A DNA stretch of 64,000 bases from positions 93,806,001 through 93,870,000 of the forward strand of contig OZ024745.1 of the NCBI GenBank assembly GCA_964016885.1. Reading direction: 5' to 3'. The notes under the pieces were generated by a model. That model saw only the letters and a program-made list of their open reading frames with translations, did no database searches and was not told the DNA's origin. The DNA is from Eledone cirrhosa. Its lineage: Eukaryota. Position 1 is the first letter of the stretch. Every line of letters starts with the position of its first letter. Below, piece after piece: positions 52,500 through 64,000 of the stretch. The translations under genes were made by a program, and so were the position numbers.

Positions 52500-53721
52500 T
52501 CTCTATCTCTATATATATAAAACAGAAGATGTCTGTCTGTGTGTGTATGATTTTTATGCATTTCCACATTTCTCAATGTGCTCCAAATTTACCAACGATG
52601 ATCAACGCGTAATAAACTTTGCCAAAAATTTCCTGCTTCTATGGAAAAAAATCGATAAAACTAAATACATGCTGTAACCCTCTCTTTTACATGCTTATTC
52701 ACTCTCTCTACTACCCAACAGCGACAAAACTTCGTTCATGAACGCGACAAACTTTGAAAATTAAGCAACACATTTTATACAACAACAAACAGTCATAACG
52801 CTCTCTCTGTCGCTCTTCCCGCTCTCTATAATTTAACTGCTTTACTCTCTTCATGCTTTGAGGTTTAACATACCTCCCTATAGTTTCTTAGCTTTACTCT
52901 CTCCGTCGCTCTTCCCTCTCTCTATAATAGATTATTCCCCCTCTCTATAATTTAACTGCTGGGGGAGTCATTGGAGTTCCGTATTGACATACGGCTTTTC
53001 TGGGGTATTTTAAATTGGCTTATTGCAAATAACACTTCATATAACAGATTAATGCTATAGACATATGAATCGGAATGTTTAAATTATTTATTTTTTTACG
53101 ACTTTCATTGGTTAAATATTAATATGACAACACCCATAGCGTTGTACGTCTGGCAATTCTGCCGAATACACTGCCAAGGATGAACCTTTTCCCCTCGGCG
53201 TCAGATATCCCGTTCGATTTCCGGCGATCCCATGTTTTGCCATGTTCATTAACAAGTCACAAGGGCAAACATTGTTGGTGGCGGGCATCCATTTGGGGGA
53301 GCCATGCTTCTCCCATGGCCAACTTTATGTTGCCTGTTCCCGTGTAGGGAGTAGGAATGGACTTTTTGCTTACACTCCTCAAGGGATGACACGCAATATC
53401 GTCTACAAAGGTGCTATAGATGTTGAAGCTATGCCGTCTGGAAAACTATTTCCTGGTAGGGTCACCCATGGCAGACAGATCTGGCACCCAGCGGCATCAG
53501 GACTACCATCTTGCAACTTTGGTCTGCTAAATTCGCTATTGGAAGATTATTAACCCATCATTGATTGTCCAAAATGCTAATTGGTTTGTAACTTTTAATA
53601 ACCGGTTCAACTGCTTTATGCACATAATTGATAAGCTTATTCGCTTTCAAGCCACGTTTACCTGTACGTAACTTTTCATAGCAAATGAACAAACCCGAGC
53701 AACGCCGGGCTAAACTGCTAG
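52500..53721 (+). mobile_element. Non-autonomous Helitron with PIF1-type helicase fragment
   Basis: 5' TC after A, 3' hairpin CCCGAGCAACGCCGGG then CTAG|T; ORF 53242-53553 has INKSQGQTL...CFSHGQLYVACSRV. Confidence 0.9.
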
Positions 53722-53848
53722 TTTAATATGAATTTATTGGGAATAAATTGTCATACAATTCTTTAAAAAATAGGAAGTGGGGGGCAAAAGAAACTGGTAA
53801 CTACTAAAGAAGAAATAATAGGTCAAATTATTTTGCATTTATTTAACA

Positions 53849-55585
53849 CTAGCAGAATGGCCCGGAGTTGCTCAGGCTTCTGAACATAGATTGCCATGTT
53901 TATCCTTCCTTTCTGAAACAGTACAGAGAAGTACGGAATACCTCGGCCTCGGGATGATGTCTACATTTTGTGCTTAGGCAAATAATTTTCCATTAAGATT
54001 TTTCAAAAGCATGTAATTGCGTTCCCTCTCTTTTTTTTGTTGTTGTTTTTGCTGCTGTTGGTGTAATAGCAGCCGTTGGTCGTACTACTAACACAGTCTC
54101 GTCCTTCTTCAGCCAATCGTGTATATCCCCTTCTGTCTCGTCTACCTAAAAAATGATTGTAGCACCTCCTTGTACACAATGTTCCTTGTTCTTCCGTGTC
54201 GGACATATGCAAAGAGATTTGTCTTGCTTCCCACTCTTGAACAGCCAACGTATAGTGGCCTGTGTCTAATTTATTCCTAGTTGGTAATTGGTAAAGAAAA
54301 TAAAAATGTTTCCGCTTAACGTCAGCATACGGGAATTTTTCATAGGTATGGGGATATTTTGGCAGGGGTTTTCTAAAAAGATCCACTATTTCTATCTACT
54401 GGGGTTAGTGGAAATGTCTCAAAAAATTAGTAACCGACACTTACCGATTGAAAAATAATCCGATCGTTGGAATGGTAATCTCAACTGTAATTGGTAACCT
54501 GGGCTGGCTTTCCTCGCTTATGTACCAAGATAGATAGAAATTACCGCTTAATTCAAGCGTATGTGATTTTTAACATAGGCATGGGGGTATTTTTTGGCGA
54601 GGGCTTTCTAAAAAGATCCACTATTTCTATCTATGTACGTGATGGGGCATATGGCTTGGTACTAACACTAATAATAATGTGTGCAACGAGGGTAAGTGAT
54701 TATGTCTCAGGAAGTATTGCAAAAAAATATTAAAGCAACTGGGGTAAGTGGGAATGTTTCAGGATTGTTAGCCAAAAAATTAGTAAATGACACTTACTGA
54801 TTAAAATATAAGCCGACCGTCGGAAAGGTATTCTCAAGTGTAATTGTTAACCCGGGCTGGCTTGCCCCGCTTATATTATATATTAAAATAACAGATTAAA
54901 GTTTAAGCAAAGAATCGCTGCTTTCACCCTTAACGGGATCTTCTGAAATAAAAAAAAAAATCAATCTGTGAACGCAGAAGTAAATATTCTTTGCTCAAAA
55001 CACTCACAGGACCATAAGTATTACATGTGTAAAGTTTGAAAACAATCGGTTGGGTGGTTCTCGAGTTTTAGGGAGTCAGACAGACATTCTCTGTTTTAGA
55101 TATAGATATTAAAATAACAGATTAAAGTTTAAGCAAAGAATCACTGCTTTCACCCTTAACGGGATCTTCTGAAACTAAAAAAAAAAAAAATCAATCTGTG
55201 AACGCAGAAGTAAATATTTCAAAAAAACGTTGCAACCGAAGGAAAACAGGAAGACGATACTTTGGTTCATGAAGACGTTCCCTGACAATGAACGGAAAAT
55301 AGTGAAGATAATACGTCAGTAATGTTTGTCATAATGTCGTAATGCAGACAGCCAGACATACAGACATATTATAAGGGCGCAACGGAGATCGATAACCGCC
55401 GCCTAACACCCCTTTAACAACAGAAAATTGAAAAATAAAAGCTGCAATTCATATCTTTAGACCGCAAGGAATATATAAATGCAAGTTTGAAGTCACTCGT
55501 AGTAGAAATGTGGATTTGTATAGACTTTGCAACAATTAGGACACACATACACACCGACCATTTGACTTTTATATATATGTATAGA
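53849..55585 (-). mobile_element. Non-autonomous Helitron (composite, internal duplications)
   Basis: Minus strand 5' TCTATACATATATATAAAAG..., 3' GCCTGAGCAACTCCGGGC hairpin + CTAG|T; second 5'-end-like motif near 55080-55106. Confidence 0.75.
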
Positions 55586-56286
55586 TACGTCAAATTTTTC
55601 AAGCAGTTTTGTATACATTAGAGCAGAATTATTTACTCAGTCCCATCACTAGCATCACTCTCAGATGGTGCTAGTGATGGGACTGTATGTGTGTATCATC
55701 ATCATTTAATGTCTATTTTCCATGCTAACATGGGTTAGTCAGGTTGTGGCTTGTCAGGTCATGTGACTGTGTTTTGCTCATACAGACCTTTTTCTGGGTC
55801 AGTTTCTATGGCTGGATGCCCTTCCTAATGCCAACCACATTTACAGTGTGTGTGCTGAGTGCTTTTTGTTGTGACACCTACATGACCACTTTACAGTGTG
55901 TGCTGGGTGCTTTTTGTCGTGACACCTACACAACCACTTGACAGTGTGGGTTGGGTGCTTTTTGTCGTGACACCTACACAACTTTACAGTGTGGGCTGGT
56001 AGCTTTTTGTTGTGACACCTACACGATCACTTTACAGTGTGGGCCGGGTGCTTTTTGTCGTGACACATACATGACCACGTTACAGTATAGGCTGGGTGCT
56101 TTTTGTCGTGACCTACATGACCACGTTACAGTATAGGCTGGGTGCTTTTTGTCGTGATACCAACATAACCACTTTACAGTGTAGACTGAGGATTAGGGGA
56201 AGGGTGTAACGGCATAGGAGAAGTTTGTGTAATCAGATATGGGTGGGGTGTTAGGGCATGGGGAGGGAGGATAGTGTGTATGTATT

Positions 56287-56338
<52 letters not shown>

Positions 56339-56924
56339 TATAATTGATCGAGATTAACTTGTCTCTAGTGCAACTATTATATATGTAATCAACAAAGTAA
56401 GTTATGAAGATAAGCTCTGAATTGCTGATAAAGAAGTCTCTAATTCAACTAATATGCATTAACTGTAAATTTATAAACAACAAAAGAGTTGTTAGTCTTG
56501 TTTGCCATTAACCAACTAATTATTTATAACGAGACAACATAGATAGAGAAAGCAGTAATGAAATAAGACACTGACTTGCTCACATGATTACAATAATGAT
56601 GTCAACATGAATAATCTAACACTATAGAAATAAATAAAAAATGGCTTAAACAATCTTTTACTGCTTGCAATGTATACTGAAGCAGTCTATATATTGACTA
56701 TCATTTGATAAATGAAATATCGTGTCTATAAATTAGATAACACGTGCGTGTGTGCGTGTGTGTGTGTGTGCATCATCATTTTTTTTTACATAGAGTTTCT
56801 AAACTGGTATGAAAACAAAACAAAGAATATGTTTGTGAGCGATATATACAGGGTGTATATATATAAATATATATATAAAATTGTCTAGTGACATCCTCTG
56901 TGTGCACGCGTGCGCATACATACA

Positions 56925-57531
56925 TACATAATATGAAAGAGTACTGGTGGAATGTTCTAGTAAAAACTTCAATAAAATGCAGGCATAACAGACCAGATAT
57001 TATGATATGGGACAGGGAAAAGAAAGCATGCACAGTAGTGGAAGTTAGCTGCCCAGCAGATGCCAATATAATATTAAAGATTAGCGAAAAGGAGAATATC
57101 TATGCAGAACTAATGAGAAATCTACAGATACTCCACCCTGACTATACCTTCAGATTTATGCCTGTGATTATTGGGGCACTGGGTATGTTAGTAACTGCCT
57201 CAGTACAAATCTTGAGAAGCTGGACTTCAAACAGAAAGAACACGACTAGTTAGGAAATTACAAGTACAGTCCATTAATGGAACAGTAAAAATATGTAAAA
57301 CATTCCAAAAATTCTGCATCTCATAACTGCATATACACTTGTACAGATACAAAACATATGCACATGCACACATACAACTCAAAACATTCACATCCAAATA
57401 TACAATAACATCCATACCTGCACACACATATCTACCAGTTGATGTGTAAATTCCAATGAGAAAGTCTTGTATCTATGTTAGAAACCGACTCTCTAATGGC
57501 ACAAATTTGTGAAATTATAAAACCAGAAGAA
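56925..57531 (+). mobile_element. R4/Dong-like non-LTR retrotransposon, short 5'-truncated copy
   Basis: RPDIMIWDREKKACTVVEVSCP...K..IY restriction-like endonuclease motif; 3' UTR shared with the adjacent copy. Confidence 0.85.
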
Positions 57532-57571
57532 CGGACGAATGTATGTATGTACATACATACATACATACATA

Positions 57572-58984
57572 CATACACCAACGTTTGGAATACTCAATTG
57601 GACGATAGAGGAAATCCGAGCAGTTGATGTTGGAACTCAAAAAATACTGAACAACACTGGAAACTTCTACATCAACAGTGACATAGACCACCTTTACTTG
57701 AAACGTAAGCAGGGAGGCAGAGGCCTAACATCAGTCCAGACAGCATTTGAATGTCGCATCATATCCCTCCCACAACATCTACGAACCTGGAAGCGTAGGA
57801 GCCCGTCTCTCGAGCAAGTCTATCTGCATGAAACAGATAAGATCATGAGAGTTGGGAAGGAACTCCTCGAGAGATATTCCCTGTGTGATAATCAAAAACT
57901 CACACCCAGGTAAGTTGCTCAGCAGTATCGCAGTGAATCCATGGATGAAAAACTGCATGCTTATCAGCAAAAAATCATGCATGGATATGTTGCCAGGAAG
58001 CTCCAGAGTGAGAGTAGTATAGATACGGAAAGTAGTCTATCTTGGACCAACAACCGCTATATTGGCTCCCACTTTGAAGGATACGCTTTTGCAATCCAAG
58101 AACAGGAAATTAACATGAAATACCCGATTCACAAAAGAGATAGGGATGCAGGCAAAACACCTAGATATGATAAGTGCAGACTCTGCAGAACTAACATCAA
58201 AGATATCACCCATGTCATCAGCAGCTGTCCAAAGATGTCATCGCGGTACTATCTACCTATGAGGCATGATGTAGTGGCCAAAACACTGTACAATGCAAAA
58301 AAGATAGCACCGATAATAAACACATTAAAAGCTACAGCAATGTGGAAGACATCCATGTACATAATATGAAAGAGTTCTGGTGGAATGTTCCAGTAAAAAC
58401 CCAATAAAATGCAGGCATAACAGACCAGATATTATGATATGGGACAGGGAGAAGAAAGCATGCACAGTAGTGGAAATTAGCTGCCCAGCAGATGCCAATA
58501 TAATATCAAAGATTGGTGAAAAGGAGAATATTTATGCAGAACTGATGAGAAATCTTCAGATACTCCACCCTGATTACACCTTCAGATATATGCCTGTGAT
58601 TATTGGGGCACTGGGGTATGTTAGTAATTGCCTCAATACAAATCTTGTGAAGCTAGGCTTCACAGCAACAGAAAGAACACAACTAGTTAGGAAATTACAA
58701 GTACAATCCATTAATGGAACAGTAAGAATATGTAAAACATTCCAAAAATGTTGCATCTAATAACTGCATATACACATGTACAGATACAAAGCATATATAC
58801 ACATGCACACATACAACTCAAAACATACACATCCACACATACAATAACAACCATATCTACACATGCATGCATAGATATCTACCTAGTTGATGTTGTGTAA
58901 ATTCCAATGAGAGAGTCTTGTGTATGTTAGAAACCGACTCTCTCTATTGGGAAAAAAATTGGGAAATTATAAAACCATAAGAAC
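57572..58984 (+). mobile_element. R4/Dong-like non-LTR retrotransposon, longer 5'-truncated copy
   Basis: LYLKRKQGGRGL, FAIQEQEI, CRLC..(x8)H..SSC zinc knuckle, RHDVVAK, RPDI...EISCP; flanked by (CATA)n. Confidence 0.9.
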
Positions 58985-59878
58985 ATACATACATACATGA
59001 TGGCTGCCCCCTCGTTATTAAGTATGGCCATTGCACGATATAACATTATTAATAATTATTAATTAATGTGGATTGGCAGTATCGGTGGAGGGTCGGACGC
59101 CATGCTTTGCAGCACAGTTATGTCCCTTTAGGATCTGAGTTCAAATCCCGCCAAGGTTGACTTTGCCTTTCACCCTTATGGGGTCGATAAAATAAAGTAC
59201 CAGTAATGTACTGGGTGATTGCTGGCCTTGTGCCTAAAGTAGAAACAATTAATTAATTCTATCGTGCAATGTCTGTGCGTAAAGATATTTTTTAAAACGA
59301 GGAAAGACTGTGCACTGAGCCAATCCCACTCTCTGAGTGACAGTAGCCATTACCCGAAAAGAAGAAAAGATCCACATCATCGGTAACTACTGAGCCGCAG
59401 GTTTTATATCAGAGCTATCCCAGTTTCCTGAGTTGCCTTCTACTAGACGAATGCCCTGACAAAGGCTAGGAGTCCTTCACTCACAGTGGTTTAACCGCGC
59501 GATCGGGTGTCCAGCCTGACTATTTCTATGTCCTCGCGCATATACATACACATGCACCCATGCATATACACACATACATACATATGTACATGTGTATATA
59601 CATATTTACACACTTGTGGATGGCCGTTGACTCTTGAGTTCTTCCGCCCTTTGTCAGGTTTTGTTTTTTGTCCTGCAGGGTGTCCAAAATCACCCTCCTC
59701 ACCAAGTAAACTTGGTGGGGTTGCCGGTTTAGTCGCCGACGACCCGACCATGCGACAGGTTGTACTGGGTTACATGTTACCAGTAGCACTCAAGAGCGAC
59801 CCGACATAACAAAACATACATACATAACCTAGGCTAGCATGGAAAAATGGATGTTATATGGTGATGATTATATACATA

Positions 59879-61094
59879 CGAGGAGCAACGGAAAAGGTTT
59901 AAGCCTCACACAAAAAAAATAAATAAATATGCAAATGAAATTTTGTCTGTGAAATCTCTGACATGTTCTTACAGTGTTAGCCAGGTTTCATGGTTTAAGC
60001 ACTTTTTCATTTCTTTTTTTAGATTCTTAAAGTTGATGTACTAGGAGTTTTACGAAAAATAGAAAAACTTGAGTATCGAGCAGTGATCAAATATCTGCAG
60101 TTGAAAAGAATGACCCCCAGCTGAGATCCATAAGGACATGCAAGACACATTAGGGGAAGATGCCCCATCATATGCTACAGTCACATGCTGGATCAATGAA
60201 TTCAAGCATGGCATGGAAGGTGTGGAAGATGACCTGACATCTGGGAGGCCATCAACAGTGACCACACCAGAGAACACTGACCTTGTCTTTGGTTTAGTTA
60301 TGGAGGATCGATGACTGTCATCTCGTCAGATAGCAAACATGTTAGGCATCTCCCGGGAGTGAGCCAATGATATTCTGACAAATGAGCTGGGTTTGAGAAA
60401 GGTGTCTGCATGCTGGGTTCCACGTCTTTTGAGTGAAGAACAGAAGGACACTTGTCACAACAATTTGGAACTTTTTGAAGTTGATCCAGAAGATTTCCTA
60501 GCACAAGACCTAGGTCCATCTTTACTAACCTTAAACAAAAGAGCAGTCTAAACAATGGAAGCACCCATCCTCACCCACCCTAAAGAAGATCAAGGTCACA
60601 CCATCAGCAGTAAAAGGACATGGTTACCATTTTCTGGGATGCACAAGGAGTGTTGTTGGTGGACTATCTCCAAAAGGGCTGCACCATCACCAGACAATAC
60701 TATGCCAACCTGCTTAAACATCTGCATGAGAACATCAATAAGAAGAGGTCCGGATTGCTGATGAAAAGGGTCTTGTTCCATCATGACAATGTTCCTGCCT
60801 TCACCTCCGTGGTGCCAATAGCAACAATCTGTTACAGTGCGTTCCAATTTGTCCCTGTTCCCAAACATGAAAAAGGATATGACACTACGCCACAGATGAT
60901 GACAACATAGATGTTGTGGACATCTACCTGGAGGATCAAAATAAGGAGTTGAACTTCAGCTGGATGCAATCAGTTCAGCACCAGTGGAAGAAATGTGTGG
61001 ACTCAAAGGGAGACTATGTTGAAAAATAAAACAAGAAAATATTTGTATATGCTACCGTTTCTTGGAGGCTTAAAACTTTTTCAGCCGCCCCTTA
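59879..61094 (+). mobile_element. Degenerate mariner DNA transposon
   Basis: ~30-bp imperfect TIRs (CGAGGAGCAACGGAAAAGGTTTAAGCCTC / GAGGCTTAAAACTTTTTCAGCCGCCCCTTA), TA TSD; fragments EYRAVIKYL, SGRPST, WVPR.L, IFWDAQGVLLVDYL, FHHDN. Confidence 0.92.
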
Positions 61095-61217
61095 TAAATA
61101 GAGAGGGAGAGAGAGATAGAATTAGGAAGGGCATCCAGCCGTAGAAACCTAGCCCCAAACAGTTCTATATGGGCAAGACACGGTCACCTGACCCAAGTTG
61201 CCTCTAATGGGACAACT

Positions 61218-61465
<248 letters not shown>

Positions 61466-63130
61466 TACCAGGGGCTCAGTGTATCCCGGTTTAGAGTAGG
61501 TATTCTGTATCCTCACATGTAAGAAACAACTTAAAGGGTTGGTTAGTGTTAGAAAGAGCATCTGGATGTAAAACACTGCCTCAAAATCTCCTGTTCAAGT
61601 CGTGCTAGTATGGAAAAGTCAACTTAATCCTTTAACATTTAGATAACTCTATATTTACTATTATATTTTCACTGTAAACACCATATCTCATAATACGCGA
61701 TTTTGATATTATTCATTTTGAGAACAATACCTTAACAAGTATGAGCAACCGGTTTGAACCGAAAAAGGTGAAAGAATTCTGACCACCAGATACGGCCAGT
61801 TTAAATGCTAAAGGATTAAAAACAGTGTGTGTGTGCATGCATGCGTGTGTGCATTCATGTGCGTGCGTGCGTGCGTGCGTGCTATCCTCTGGGGTAACAC
61901 TTTCCCTATTCTGTCTGTTAGCACCATGTTGTAAAGCTAAGCTGCTTTATAGAGCAGTTAATATATACCACATAGGGCTAATTAATCATAGAGCTAATTA
62001 ATCACAAGTATAGATGGTGATAATAATTCACTGAGACAGAAACTTCAGATATGAAACAATACATCATAAATGTTGACACTTGCTCAATAAAAACAATGCA
62101 GCAGATGGATGAGTGTGTGTATGACATATGACATAGCTTAGATATACTTTCAGTTCTTTCCTACTGGTTACTTTATTAGAAGCAGGGGGGGGGGGGTAGT
62201 GGGATGTGTGTGTATGTTGGGGGGGGGGGGGTAGTGGTGTGTGTGTGTAGCACAAATAGAAACAGCCTATACCATTGCTGCCTCAATGATATATACCTGA
62301 AGAATGGTATGCAGAATCCCAGGAGGGGAAGGGAGTCAAGCCACCTCATGGTCCCAGAGGGCAGAATAGGGAAAGTGTTATTCCAGAGGATAGTAAGAGT
62401 GATGCATTGAAACAGCCATTGCAACTGATGGGGCTCACTGCTGTGGGTGGCCAAGTCCACCTTGACAGTAGTGAGCAGGAATGTGGTTTGGAAACCAAGA
62501 ATCTCCAGAAGTCTCTAATATGATTTCATGTGGTACAGAATGTTAAGAATTAACAGTGAAATCAAAAACATTATCCTCAACAAGCAAAATTTTTATGTGC
62601 AAGTTAATCACTTAATTCTATTCAAAATTCAAAGGTACCTAGAATGAGAAATAAATCTGCCCTTTGAAAAGGACACCAGCCTGTTACAAACAACTTTCCC
62701 CAGAAAACCAGGCACTTATTACCCACAACAAGAACTGACAGAAAATAGCAATTATCCATGTATATTCTAGTTTTTGAATAGGTATATCATATCTCTGCAT
62801 GTCATACAAGACAATTTAAAAGGTTGGTCATAAACACTGCTTCAAAAAGTCCCATCCAACATATGTGAGCATGGAAAAAATGGACATAAAAACCATGATC
62901 ATTAATGATCACAAGCAAAAAGAAAAGAAAAAAAAACAACCACTAACAGCATATCTGAACTTGCAATATATGGTGTAACTACATGTTATCCACCCAGCTG
63001 TATCACACTACAAAAGGTAAAAAAAGCTTTAATGTTTTACTAGGGGAGTGGGGTTAAGTATCCCCCACATGTAAGAGGTAATTACAAGAATTGGTTCAAG
63101 GGTAGCCAGCTATAAAACAATGCTTCAAAA

Positions 63131-64000
63131 ATGGCCACCAACTCCTATATTGACGACATCCTAGTGGACGAGTCTGTGGTGTCGGCGGCGGAGGTCACGA
63201 GCCATTTACAGGGGTATGGACTGGCTGCGAAGCCGTCAGAAGCGTTGGAGGGAGGAGCCGCGCTGGGACTTAGGCTACGGCGAGACAGGACGGGCGTCAT
63301 GAAGTTCCAGAACTGGGCCCAAGTATGAGTAGGCGGGAGCTTTTCTCGGTGTGTGGAAAGTTGGTGGGTCACTACCCGATAGCTGCATGCCGTCCTGAGC
63401 AACCCAGCAATGTCAAGAGACGAGCGGGAGGAGTGACTTGGAGTGACAGAGTGGGAGAGAGGACGGTGGCCATGATGCAGGAGATCGTGGGGAGGGTTAA
63501 AGCCGATGACCCAGTGTGAGGACGCTGGTATGTTCCCAAATCACAGAGCGGGACCCTATAGTGCGATGCATAGCGCTGGGTGTCACGTTGGAGATAGGAG
63601 GTGTTGAGGTCGAGGATGCATCCTGGCTTAGGAAGAAGGACTACAACCACATCAATGTGGCCGAACTGGACGCAGTGTTGAGAGGGGTGAACCTCGCCCT
63701 GAAGTGGGGACTGCGCACCATTGAGATGCGCACCGACTCGGCTACTGTACTCGGATGGGTGAGATCAGTGCTCACCAGTGAGAAGAGAGTGCGAACGAGA
63801 GGGGCGGCAGAGATGCTGATAAAATGCCGCCTGGGAACTTTAGGAGAGCTGGCCACCGAGTTCGACCTGAGGCTGAGCGTAGTTTTCGTGCCCTCGGAGA
63901 AAAATAGGGCGGACGTCTTAATTAGGGTGAAGAAAGCCTGGATGGAAGCGCTGGAGGAGGTAGAAGATGAGATAGCTGCCGTGTGTCGGCTGACCAAGTC
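63131..64000 (+). mobile_element. LTR-type (Gypsy-like) retroelement pol fragment: RT end + RNase H, runs off the window
   Basis: SYIDDILV; RRELFSVCGKLVGHYP; HINVAELDAVLRGVNLALKW...RTDSATV...NRADVL; stops and frameshifts; GC-rich. Confidence 0.8.

Noticed and set aside
55830-56185. ~48-bp tandem repeats resembling a repeat-spacer array
   Set aside because: Internal amplification of a motif from the RTE 3' UTR seen in many other copies.

Overview
AT-rich, repeat-dense animal genomic DNA; the repeat repertoire suggests a mollusc, probably an octopus (inference, not verified). One host gene is clear: six coding exons of an SLC35F5-like nucleotide-sugar transporter on the minus strand (15491 down to 2338, continuing off the left edge). 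The rest is intron or intergenic DNA filled with RTE, CR1/L2-like, CRE-like and R4/Dong-like LINEs, a mariner, Helitrons, piggyBac/hAT/Tigger-type MITEs, solo LTRs, an RT-RNaseH retroelement fragment, two SINE families and a 38-bp minisatellite. The main signal the ORF track does not explain is a set of eight type-I hammerhead ribozyme motifs in six sequence families. They sit in short non-coding modules with inverted or wrap-around duplications, and one is physically linked to a Penelope-type GIY-YIG endonuclease remnant. This looks like a diverse Penelope/retrozyme-like self-cleaving RNA system in and upstream of a host gene. All folds were done by eye and none has been tested for activity.
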